A DNA stretch of 64,000 nucleotides from an uncultured Gammaproteobacteria bacterium. Lineage in GTDB: Bacteria; Patescibacteriota; Patescibacteriia; UBA1558; UBA10009. Made by a program: the position numbers and the translations under genes. The notes under the pieces were generated by a model. That model worked only from the letters and a program-made list of their open reading frames with translations. It was not told the origin of the DNA and searched no databases. The DNA lies in assembly GCA_964588165.1 (NCBI GenBank), contig CAZPMS010000004.1, positions 32,019 through 96,018 of the forward strand, written 5' to 3'. This document shows positions 28,774 through 37,616 of the stretch, piece by piece (positions within the stretch are counted from its first letter, which is position 1; the number at the start of each line of letters is the position of its first letter).

Positions 28774-28812
28774 AAAACCGCATCTCAGCCATGAGAAGCG
28801 GTTTTTTCTTTT
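28774..28812 (+). terminator. Bidirectional intrinsic terminator
   Basis: aaaaccgc...gcggtttttt between convergent genes. Confidence 0.7.
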
Positions 28813-28820
28813 TGCTAAAA

Positions 28821-30008
28821 TTATAAATATTTATTTAAATCTTTTTTAAATTGATTAAAGTTCTTAACAAAAATAGTTTTTATACCCATTTTTTTAGCAT
28901 CCACTAAATTATTTCTCTGATCATCTGCATAAACTATTTCCTGCGGTTTAACCTTTAATCTTTTCACGACTTCATTTAGAGTTGCCTTACTGGCTTTTGG
29001 CAGGCCAAGTTCATAAGTATTAATAATATTTTTAAAATGTTTTTTAAAGCCAAATTTTTTAACTGCAAAACTAAATTGACTTCTGGTATTTTTAGAAAGT
29101 AATAATGTTTTATAGCCTTTTTTATTTAGTTCTTTATTTAATTCTATTGTTTTTTTATTAAGTTTAAAAAAACTGTAATGTAAATCTCTTAGCTGTTGCC
29201 AAGTTATCGGTAAATTACAATCATCAACTGTTTTTTGCCAAGCTTCTGTTTGGGTAATTTTCCTTTCTGCTGCTTGGTTAAAATATTTAAAATACATTAT
29301 ATCCTGGTATTTTTTATAACTTCCGCCGTACTTTTTAACCAAAGCCTTAGAAGTATCCGGATAGCCGGAACTTAAAATCAAACCATAGCAATCAAATATA
29401 ACCAGCTTAATCTTTGGTTTTAAATAATTTGATAACTCTTTTTTAAACTGATTATAATTTTTATATTGAATTCCTTTTATATTATACTTAGCTGCAACTT
29501 TTAAATATTTTTCTATGTCATCAATAAATATTACTTCTTCACCTTTTACTTTATATTTATCCAAAACATACTTAAACATTTTTGGATTTGTTTTTATTAT
29601 TTTTATTTTTTGAGAGTTTATGACTTCATCAAAAATTTTATCATACTTAAATTTTTTATTTAAATAATCAATATAATTCTGAAAATTGTTACTTAATAAA
29701 ATTATTTTATAGTTCTTGCTTAATTTCTTGGCCAAATTTAATACTTGCTCATTGGCCTTATGAAGATTTAGATGCATTTCTTCAATCTTTCTACCGGTAA
29801 CTTTTAATCCTAATGATCTTATAGAATCGTTCCAAGCATTTAAAGAATTCGCATTTTTGCCGCAAGTCTCTAAAAAATGTCTATCATGACAAATTTTATA
29901 AACATGCTTAAAGGAAAGATTGTATTTCTTTGCTATTGCCTTGCAGGTTTTAGGATAACCGCCATCTAAAGCAACTCCAGCTGAATCAAAAATTATTAGT
30001 TTAATCAT
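28821..30008 (-). CDS. Tandem double HAD-IA hydrolase (phosphatase-like)
   Basis: Two repeats: IIFDSAGV...LLSNN...K..P...FIDD and VIFDCYGL...LLSKN...PK...YADD. Confidence 0.88.
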   Translation of the reverse strand: MIKLIIFDSAGVALDGGYPKTCKAIAKKYNLSFKHVYKICHDRHFLETCGKNANSLNAWNDSIRSLGLKVTGRKIEEMHLNLHKANEQVLNLAKKLSKNYKIILLSNNFQNYIDYLNKKFKYDKIFDEVINSQKIKIIKTNPKMFKYVLDKYKVKGEEVIFIDDIEKYLKVAAKYNIKGIQYKNYNQFKKELSNYLKPKIKLVIFDCYGLILSSGYPDTSKALVKKYGGSYKKYQDIMYFKYFNQAAERKITQTEAWQKTVDDCNLPITWQQLRDLHYSFFKLNKKTIELNKELNKKGYKTLLLSKNTRSQFSFAVKKFGFKKHFKNIINTYELGLPKASKATLNEVVKRLKVKPQEIVYADDQRNNLVDAKKMGIKTIFVKNFNQFKKDLNKYL

Positions 30009-30027
30009 ATAATATTGGTCTTATTCA

Positions 30028-30050
30028 TCCCCTCCTTGCCAAGGAGGGGA
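30028..30050. repeat. GC-rich REP-like hairpin
   Basis: tcccctcctt-gcc-aaggagggga. Confidence 0.6.
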
Positions 30051-30094
30051 AAACAACTATCTAAAATTTTGCCGATAACTGACTTGAGAGATGG

Positions 30095-31636
30095 TCAAAT
30101 CTTACGCACTTCTCCATTACTGGCATCAACCTGTACCCTGTCGCCATCTTTTAAAATTTCAGTGGCCACCTTAGTACCTATAATACAAGGAATTTTTAAT
30201 TCCCGGCTGACAATAGCCGCATGGCAAGTTATTCCGCCTAAATCAGTAACAATGGCTCCGGCCTTTTTCATGGCCGGCACTAAATCCGGGTTGGTCATAG
30301 TAGAAACTAAAATATCACCCTTATTCATTTTTTTAAGATCCCGAGTTGTGTTTATAATTCTGACTGTGCCTTCGGCTTTACCTAAACTAGCAGTTTGACC
30401 ATGAAAATAATTCATTTCAGTTAAATCTTCTTTTCGCAGTAAATAATGCTTCATGGAATCAAATATCTTATTAGTAAATACTTTACCCGGTAATTTACCC
30501 TCTACTACTACAAATAAACAACCCTTCATCCTTTTGTGTAAATCAGCCGGCCTATCCAGTTTTCCATCCAGCATTAATTTAACTTCTGGCAATAAACAGT
30601 TTCTTAATTCGTTAACAGACATGCTTAAACGGATAGATATTTCTTTTAGAAGCGGTTCTAGTTCATAGTATGACTGAACCAAACTCATTTTCCGATAATC
30701 TTTAGAATAAATAAACCCTTGAGTTACCTCTAATAACTTTTCATGTTTTTTATCAATTTTTAAATTATTAAGTAATTGATCGTGAATCTTTTTGGACTCT
30801 CTTTTTTCTTGCTGAATTTTTTTTATTTTATCCAAAGGTTTATTATTATCAGATACATCTTTTTTCAACTTCCGCCAAAAATAACTATCTGGAAAAGCCG
30901 GGCCTTCAAAATTATAGCCCATGTATTTATATTTTTTGATATGAGTTTCGACCAGCTTGATAATCTCTTTAGATAAATCTTTTTTCGGCCAAGGGCCGAC
31001 CAGCCTCTGGCTGGTACTCTTAATTTTTGAAGTAATTTTTAATAAGGCAATTTCTTCTTCCTGAACTTTAGAAAGCTTTTCTGGGATAGTTAAAAGAGCA
31101 AAACATTCTTTAGCAGTTTTATTATATTTAGTCTTTCTAACTTGCTTATTTAAATAATTAACTAGATAAGAAGTTAAATGAGGTTTGTATAAATCCATAT
31201 AAACCGGTGAAAGAGATGGATTATAAACTTTACTTTGCCAAACCAAATATTTTTTATAAAGTTGATGCAGTTCTTTATTGGATTTCTTTTTTAAATTTAC
31301 TTTAAAAATATTTTTTGAACTAAACTCAATTAAACCGTCAGAATTTTTTAAAATAATTTTGTTTAAACTAATGCCCCATTGTGGATTTTTTACAACTTTA
31401 TTCAAACCAAATTGACCAAGCTTGGTCCATTCATCATGGTCTACAAAAATTAAACCACTATCTTTCCTGTGCAAACAAATAACATTTTTTTGATACTTGC
31501 CTAAATAATCTCCGGTTCCTTTAATGGCCCCGCACCAGCCAGGATACATTATTGGATATAAAGAAATCGGCTGATTAGGCTCTAGGACCCCCCATTTATA
31601 TTTTTTTAAATTTTGGATTGAGTAAATGTCTTTCAT
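30095..31636 (-). CDS. Variable domain + PEP-utilizer phospho-His swivel domain, paralog 8
   Basis: KYKYMGYNFEGP, KDYRK, GDILVSTMTNPD, TDLGGITCHAAIVSRE. Confidence 0.9.
   Translation of the reverse strand: MKDIYSIQNLKKYKWGVLEPNQPISLYPIMYPGWCGAIKGTGDYLGKYQKNVICLHRKDSGLIFVDHDEWTKLGQFGLNKVVKNPQWGISLNKIILKNSDGLIEFSSKNIFKVNLKKKSNKELHQLYKKYLVWQSKVYNPSLSPVYMDLYKPHLTSYLVNYLNKQVRKTKYNKTAKECFALLTIPEKLSKVQEEEIALLKITSKIKSTSQRLVGPWPKKDLSKEIIKLVETHIKKYKYMGYNFEGPAFPDSYFWRKLKKDVSDNNKPLDKIKKIQQEKRESKKIHDQLLNNLKIDKKHEKLLEVTQGFIYSKDYRKMSLVQSYYELEPLLKEISIRLSMSVNELRNCLLPEVKLMLDGKLDRPADLHKRMKGCLFVVVEGKLPGKVFTNKIFDSMKHYLLRKEDLTEMNYFHGQTASLGKAEGTVRIINTTRDLKKMNKGDILVSTMTNPDLVPAMKKAGAIVTDLGGITCHAAIVSRELKIPCIIGTKVATEILKDGDRVQVDASNGEVRKI
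30985..31014. repeat. 30-bp double-hairpin in-frame insertion
   Basis: tcggcc-aag-ggccga + ccagcc-tct-ggctgg inside the CDS (SQRLVGPWPK). Confidence 0.75.
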
Positions 31637-31638
31637 AT

Positions 31639-31719
31639 TATACTAATTACTAATCTGTACTAATATACGAATTTGAAAAATTATTAGTATATTAGTAACA
31701 ATTCGTAAATTTGTAATTA
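31639..31719. repeat. AT-rich tactaat/attcgta inverted element
   Basis: tactaattactaatctgtactaatatacgaat...attagtatattagtaacaattcgtaaatttgtaa. Confidence 0.75.
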
Positions 31720-33234
31720 TATTTTTTTAACAATACCTTTTGTGGCGTCAATCTGAACTTTTTGGCCGTCTTTTAAAATTTTAGTGGCAAATCTAGTGCC
31801 AATCACACAAGGAATACTTAGCTCTCGGCTTACAATAGCAGCATGGCAGGTTACTCCGCCTTCATCAGTAACCACTGCGGCTGACTTTTTCATTAACGGT
31901 ACCATATTAGGATTAGTGGCATATGATACTAAAATATCACCAGCTTTAAATTTTGCGTAATCTTCTTTACTATTAATAACTTTAACAATGCCTTTAGCTT
32001 GGCCCTTACAAGCGCACTGCCCTTGAAGCTTTTTTAAACCCTTGGGTACCTTGTGGGCTTTAATATTTTTATTGAATTCTTTAGCTGCTTTACCTGTTAC
32101 TAATCTAATATTACCTTTGACGTTTATATAAAAACAGCGTTTTATTCTTTCGTTAACTTCATTTATATCAACTTCTTTCCTGCCGATTAATATTTCTACG
32201 ATTTCGTCTTTATGTAAATAATGCCCTTGTTTGACTGTTAAACCAAATCTTCTGCCAAATTCTTTAAGTAAAAACTCATAAGCATAATAACTATAATATT
32301 CAATGTCTTTCCTGTAGGCTTTTTGGAATCCAAACTGTCTAACCACCCAAAACATCCATTTGTGTTTTTCATCAACCTTAAGTTGTTTTAACAAATTGTT
32401 CTGTTTTTTCTCTAAAGTTTCTGCTTTCTTTTTTATTTTTACTAATTCTTGATGAGGATCATTTTTAACCCAATCTTTAATAGATGAAACAAAATATTCC
32501 AAATCTAAGAGTGGTCCTTCAAAACCAAAATTAATCCAATTGTATTTTTTTTCGTGAAGTTTGATCTTCTGTAAAAAATATTTATCTTTTTGATCAAGCT
32601 GTTTTATAATTTCTCGAGCTGACTTTTTGAAGATAGTTGAAAGTTTTTGCGACTTCTTAACTTCTATTGCCAACTTTAAAATATTTTCTCTCTCTTTAGC
32701 AGTTATAGTTTTTCTTTTATCCGAAGATAAAATCTGAAAAATTTCTACTAAAGTATATTTTTTGGGAATTGTCAAAGTATTTAAATATTCAGTTAATGAG
32801 TTGGTCCATAAAGGAGTACCGTATTCAGTATAACTAAAAGGAACGCTCCAAGTACTCATCTCATAAAAATAATAATAGAACTTTTCAAACTTCTTAGCTA
32901 ATTGCTTATCGGTTAAAATCGATAAGTCTTCTTTGACGATTTTTTTATTATACTCATGGAATTCATGGATAACATCGCTAACGTTCTTTAATACTTTCTT
33001 TGTTATTTTTTGATCATTGCAAAACATTTTGAAAAAATAAGCAGCTATAGAATTATAAGATTCCAAAACATAGCCTTGCCGGAGGCGCCCATTTGCAAGG
33101 CCAACTGACTGATGATTGGAACCCTTACCAAATTCCCTCACAAAACCGTCATAATTAGCATCAAAATGAAACCCAAACGGAAACAAATTTGCTCCATAAT
33201 TTTCGTTAATTAAAAACCAATTCACTTTTTTCAT
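31717..33234 (-). CDS. Variable domain + phospho-His swivel domain, paralog 7
   Basis: KYNWINFGFEGP, KAYRK, TDEGGVTCHAAIVSRE. Confidence 0.9.
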   Translation of the reverse strand: MKKVNWFLINENYGANLFPFGFHFDANYDGFVREFGKGSNHQSVGLANGRLRQGYVLESYNSIAAYFFKMFCNDQKITKKVLKNVSDVIHEFHEYNKKIVKEDLSILTDKQLAKKFEKFYYYFYEMSTWSVPFSYTEYGTPLWTNSLTEYLNTLTIPKKYTLVEIFQILSSDKRKTITAKERENILKLAIEVKKSQKLSTIFKKSAREIIKQLDQKDKYFLQKIKLHEKKYNWINFGFEGPLLDLEYFVSSIKDWVKNDPHQELVKIKKKAETLEKKQNNLLKQLKVDEKHKWMFWVVRQFGFQKAYRKDIEYYSYYAYEFLLKEFGRRFGLTVKQGHYLHKDEIVEILIGRKEVDINEVNERIKRCFYINVKGNIRLVTGKAAKEFNKNIKAHKVPKGLKKLQGQCACKGQAKGIVKVINSKEDYAKFKAGDILVSYATNPNMVPLMKKSAAVVTDEGGVTCHAAIVSRELSIPCVIGTRFATKILKDGQKVQIDATKGIVKKI

Positions 33235-33235
33235 A

Positions 33236-34843
33236 TTAGACTTTTTTTACTATCCCCTTAGTGGCGTCCACTTCAACAAGGTCGCCATCTTTTAAAACTT
33301 GGGTGGCAACTTTAGTGCCAATTAAACAGGGTATGCTAAGTTCTCTGGCAACAATAGCTGCATGCGAAGTAACACCGCCTTGTTCAGTAACAATAGCCGC
33401 TGCCTTTTTCATGGCAGTCACAATATCCGGATCAGTGGCAATGGAAACCAAAATATCGCCCTTTTTCATCTTAGACATATCCTTTGGCCTAATAATAATT
33501 TTTACTTTGCCCTTAGCCTTGCCCACACAACCGGTTTGGCCCTGGATTTCCGTTATATCCGAAAGGTCTTTCTGTTTTATTTGCGAAGCCAGCTTTTTAG
33601 CCTGCTTTCCCACAAAGACTTTTTCAAAATCTTTCTCTACATAAAAAACGCAAAACTTGGTTCGCTCTTTAAGATTTTGGCGATTGATTTTATTACTAAG
33701 CAAAGCCTGCTTAATTTCACCAATAATCATGAACCTAATTTGCTTTAAAGTGATGTTTAACCTCTTGGCAATTTCTTTAAGAATCGGCTGCATCCTATAG
33801 ATGGCATAAATTTGGGCATACCTACGATAAATTTTAGTTACCATAAAATCGCCCCAATTATTGAATAAAGTAAGCCAAGCTCCTTTAATGCTAAGTTTTT
33901 TTATAAGTTTTTGACGGTCTGCTAAAATCTTCTTCTGCTCGGCCTGCATATTAGCAAGCATTTTTTCAGCATTTTGCTCCCGACCAACAAACTTAACCAG
34001 CTCCTTTAAATAATAATCAAAACTATTAACGCCTTCTTTGCCGGTCCACAAAAATTTTACGTAAAAATATTTTTCATAATACTTTTGAATAGCCTTTAAT
34101 ATTGAAAGGTGGACTTTACCCCTAATCCCGTTAACTTTACTTTCTAAAAGGTTCTCGTACTCGGGCGTATGGGTGGCTAAACCGTATTTAGCTGCGTTCT
34201 GCTCTTCAAACAGATTGTATAAATTTTTGAATAATTTTTTATGATATTTGTCTTCTTGAATCCTGGCAGCAATTTTTAAAAACTCTTCTTGTTCAATTTG
34301 AATTAAAGATTTTTTCCGAGGATGGGTTAATAAAACCAAATACTCATTTACTTTATCTTCAGTTACATCTATGCCTCGTAAAAATTGTTTAGCCCGCAGA
34401 GTTAAATTATTATGGAACATATCAACAGCTACCGGCAGCCAGCCCCATTGGTAATATTTTGTATGGATCTCATCATGTTTTTTATAATGTTCCCAAAGTT
34501 CTTTTTTAGAAAGTTTATGCAAATTATCTTCCGGCAGTTTTTCGGCAAACGATCTTAACCTATCTGAATATTCTACAATTCTTTTATTGGTTAGGGTAGC
34601 AAACTCCGGCTGGTTAACGTATTTTTTTACCAAATGGCCGCCAACTTCCTTGGAATCTTTCTCGCCATAATAAAACCAAAGGTGATACCCTTTAAATAAA
34701 GTAAGTATTTTTTTATAAGCCTTGCCGCTTGGACTTTTAAACTCGTTAACAAAGCAAGAAAGCCAAATCTGAGCAAAAAATAAATCCATATCAGGAATAT
34801 CTTCTCCTAAATACCAAGGGTCTTTATTATTTAGATGTTTCAT
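33236..34843 (-). CDS. Variable domain + phospho-His swivel domain, paralog 6
   Basis: KIYRR, LKEIAKRL, TEQGGVTSHAAIVARE. Confidence 0.9.
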   Translation of the reverse strand: MKHLNNKDPWYLGEDIPDMDLFFAQIWLSCFVNEFKSPSGKAYKKILTLFKGYHLWFYYGEKDSKEVGGHLVKKYVNQPEFATLTNKRIVEYSDRLRSFAEKLPEDNLHKLSKKELWEHYKKHDEIHTKYYQWGWLPVAVDMFHNNLTLRAKQFLRGIDVTEDKVNEYLVLLTHPRKKSLIQIEQEEFLKIAARIQEDKYHKKLFKNLYNLFEEQNAAKYGLATHTPEYENLLESKVNGIRGKVHLSILKAIQKYYEKYFYVKFLWTGKEGVNSFDYYLKELVKFVGREQNAEKMLANMQAEQKKILADRQKLIKKLSIKGAWLTLFNNWGDFMVTKIYRRYAQIYAIYRMQPILKEIAKRLNITLKQIRFMIIGEIKQALLSNKINRQNLKERTKFCVFYVEKDFEKVFVGKQAKKLASQIKQKDLSDITEIQGQTGCVGKAKGKVKIIIRPKDMSKMKKGDILVSIATDPDIVTAMKKAAAIVTEQGGVTSHAAIVARELSIPCLIGTKVATQVLKDGDLVEVDATKGIVKKV

Positions 34844-34844
34844 A

Positions 34845-34957
34845 TAACTACTAATTTACAAATAAATACTAATATACAAATATGTGATTCAATTATTAAG
34901 TATATTGGATTTGTATATTAGTACAGATTGGTAATTCGTAATAATTTAATTCGTAGT
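34845..34957. repeat. AT-rich tactaat/attcgta inverted element
   Basis: ctactaatttacaaataaatactaatatacaaat...atttgtatattagtacagattggtaattcgta. Confidence 0.75.
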
Positions 34958-36015
34958 CATATTTTCTTTATTATACCATTGGCAGCATCAACTTCTACCG
35001 TATCACCGTCTTTTAAAATTTTAGTTGCAATTTTTGTGCCTATAATACAAGGTTTTTTTAATTCCCGAGCCACAATAGCTGCATGCGATAAAATACCGCC
35101 GGAATCAGTAACAAATGCTGAAGCTTTCTTCATTAAAGAAAGAAACTCCGGACGAGTCATGCCGGAAACCAACACATCGCCAGTATTAAATTTTTTAACT
35201 TTGTTTGGATCATGCACTACACGAACCACACCTTTAACCTTTCCAGAGTAAGCTGTCATACCGCGTAGTGTATTGGTAATATTTACCTCAGCCAAAACCT
35301 TTACTAAAGATTCGGCTTTATGTTCATTATATATGCTAAATCGGTTTTTATCACAATATATACCAAAAAGTTTATCACGTTTTTTTAAAAGATCTCTGGA
35401 AGGTAATTTCCCGGTTCGAAAATAATTTATCATTTCATCTTTAATACAACAAAGCACCAACTGGGTAGATATTTTTTCATTTTTTCCAATTTTTTTAGCC
35501 ATTTTTTCCATAAACTGCTCGGTCAAAGTCAATACATCCTCAGCGTACAGCCTTGCTTCCTCAAACTTGCGAAACGATTTCTTAAGTTGATCAGAGGTAA
35601 GCCCATCTACTATATACTTAACATTAATATGTGGTTGATAATATTTAACAAGTTTATTCCAAAAAATATTATACAGTTTTTCGGTAAGCGTGACGTTTTT
35701 ATGCTTTACCATAAACTCACGCAATTCATCAGCTTGACGTTTTAGACTTAAACAAATGATTTTTACTTGCCGATGGTTGCCTTTAATTTCTTCTGCCAAA
35801 TGCTTACATATTGCCTCACGGTCTTTTTGCCTAGCCCAACCCTCGCTCTTGCCATTTCGTATAATAATGATGCTCTCGGGCAAAAATGGCCTACCATTAA
35901 ATTTAATTAACCGTGAATATTGCTCAGCAAAATGGCTGCAAGAAAGTATGCTCCAACTACCGGCCCAAATTTGAAGCCAATCAGGTCTTTGTAATAATTG
36001 AGGAGAGATATACAT
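34957..36015 (-). CDS. Short variable domain + phospho-His swivel domain, paralog 5
   Basis: 352 aa; GDVLVSGMTRPE, TDSGGILSHAAIVARE. Confidence 0.9.
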   Translation of the reverse strand: MYISPQLLQRPDWLQIWAGSWSILSCSHFAEQYSRLIKFNGRPFLPESIIIIRNGKSEGWARQKDREAICKHLAEEIKGNHRQVKIICLSLKRQADELREFMVKHKNVTLTEKLYNIFWNKLVKYYQPHINVKYIVDGLTSDQLKKSFRKFEEARLYAEDVLTLTEQFMEKMAKKIGKNEKISTQLVLCCIKDEMINYFRTGKLPSRDLLKKRDKLFGIYCDKNRFSIYNEHKAESLVKVLAEVNITNTLRGMTAYSGKVKGVVRVVHDPNKVKKFNTGDVLVSGMTRPEFLSLMKKASAFVTDSGGILSHAAIVARELKKPCIIGTKIATKILKDGDTVEVDAANGIIKKI

Positions 36016-36020
36016 AAAGA

Positions 36021-37568
36021 TTATATTTTTTTAATTATTCCCTGAGTGGAGTTAACTTCTACCGTATCACCGTCTTTTAATACTTTATCACAATCTGCTA
36101 CCCCAACCACGCAGGGCACCTGCATTTCTCTGGCCACAATAGCCGTGTGGCAGGTTAAACCGCCGGCACCGCCAATTAAAGCTTTGGCCTTTTTCATGGC
36201 TGGAACTAAATTAGGATTAGTGTTATGGGCCACCATAATATCACCCTTATTCATTTTATCCATATCTTTTGGCACATTGACGATTTTGACAATGCCCTTT
36301 ACTTTTCCGGGGTAAGCGCAGGTACCTTTTAGTTCACTGGTATTATTGGTTATTTTTTTAATTAATATTTTTTTATAAAATTCATTTGCTGCCGAACCTG
36401 AATAGGTTTTATTATAAACTTTGCCGTTTTTACGATACCAATAATCGGCCACAAACCTTTGCCTTTTGTTTAATTCATCCTGATTAATCCGACCGGTTTT
36501 TAGAGCTTGGGTAATTTCCCAAGGTTTTAGCGCCCATACTTGATTTAGGGATAAATGCATTCTTTTAGCAACTTCTTTAAAAACTATTTCGTAATAATAC
36601 ATACTGTTATAAAGAGCATTCTTGCGGTAATCTTTAATAAATACCATTTCCTGGGCCATTTTAATTAAATCTTTTTCATATTGTGTAAAATTCAATTCTT
36701 TTAGCATTTTATTTTGCCGGCTGATCAGTTGTTGCCGCCTTTTAGCAATTTCATTTAAAAGTTTGGTGGGGCTCTGGCCTTCCCTAAAAAATGCCTGCCA
36801 TCTGCCAATGTATTCTACAAGTTCATAAGCTGGCCCGCGGTACTGGAAGGTAAACGAAGTATAAGCATGGTAATGGTTGATAATCTTTTTTGAAATCACC
36901 TGATCTAAATTCTTAATATTATCTGTTAGGTCATCTAAATCAGAATGGATGAAAGTTTCTTTAAGTTTTCTTTTGTTATTTATTAACTTAGCTATCTGTA
37001 AAAAGCTCTCTTCCTCTTTTTCTAAAAAACTTTTTTTATGAGGAGAAGTTAAAACCGGAAAAACTTCAGAAATATTTTTTTTAATCATTGATTTCTTTAA
37101 TTTAGGCTCAATAATTTTAATTATGCCTTTAGTAACCAGTTCCCTTCCTTGGTCGGCATGCCAGGAAAGCGAAGCTCCAATCCCGTGGCTAAATTGGTGA
37201 TGTTTATATATTTTATTAAGAAGTTTTACAATCTGGCCATTGTTTAACTTATTTAAAGCAAGTTTTTTTATAGCTTTAGATTCTTTTAAAAATCGAGTGG
37301 AGACATCCTCTACTTCTTTTAAAATCTTTAGGGCCCAAGCTGGATCTTTAAACATTTTGGCTGACAAAAATTCAGCCTGCTTATCAAACTCTTTAGCAAT
37401 ATAAATCATGTTGCTAAAATCACCCTTATAGTAGGTAATATATTTGTTAAATTCTTTACCCAGACCTTTTTCGGGCCAGTCTTCAAAAAAACTTTTCATG
37501 GGAAAGCCCATCATAAATAAAGTATTTTCTGGAATGTCTTCAACTATTTTCCAAATTTCTTTACTCAT
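36021..37568 (-). CDS. Variable domain + phospho-His swivel domain, paralog 4
   Basis: FQYRGP, KDYRK, GGAGGLTCHTAIVARE. Confidence 0.9.
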   Translation of the reverse strand: MSKEIWKIVEDIPENTLFMMGFPMKSFFEDWPEKGLGKEFNKYITYYKGDFSNMIYIAKEFDKQAEFLSAKMFKDPAWALKILKEVEDVSTRFLKESKAIKKLALNKLNNGQIVKLLNKIYKHHQFSHGIGASLSWHADQGRELVTKGIIKIIEPKLKKSMIKKNISEVFPVLTSPHKKSFLEKEEESFLQIAKLINNKRKLKETFIHSDLDDLTDNIKNLDQVISKKIINHYHAYTSFTFQYRGPAYELVEYIGRWQAFFREGQSPTKLLNEIAKRRQQLISRQNKMLKELNFTQYEKDLIKMAQEMVFIKDYRKNALYNSMYYYEIVFKEVAKRMHLSLNQVWALKPWEITQALKTGRINQDELNKRQRFVADYWYRKNGKVYNKTYSGSAANEFYKKILIKKITNNTSELKGTCAYPGKVKGIVKIVNVPKDMDKMNKGDIMVAHNTNPNLVPAMKKAKALIGGAGGLTCHTAIVAREMQVPCVVGVADCDKVLKDGDTVEVNSTQGIIKKI

Positions 37569-37616
37569 ATTTTTTTATTATATTTTTTTTGTCCTGCTGT
37601 TCGGGACTTCGCGAGG

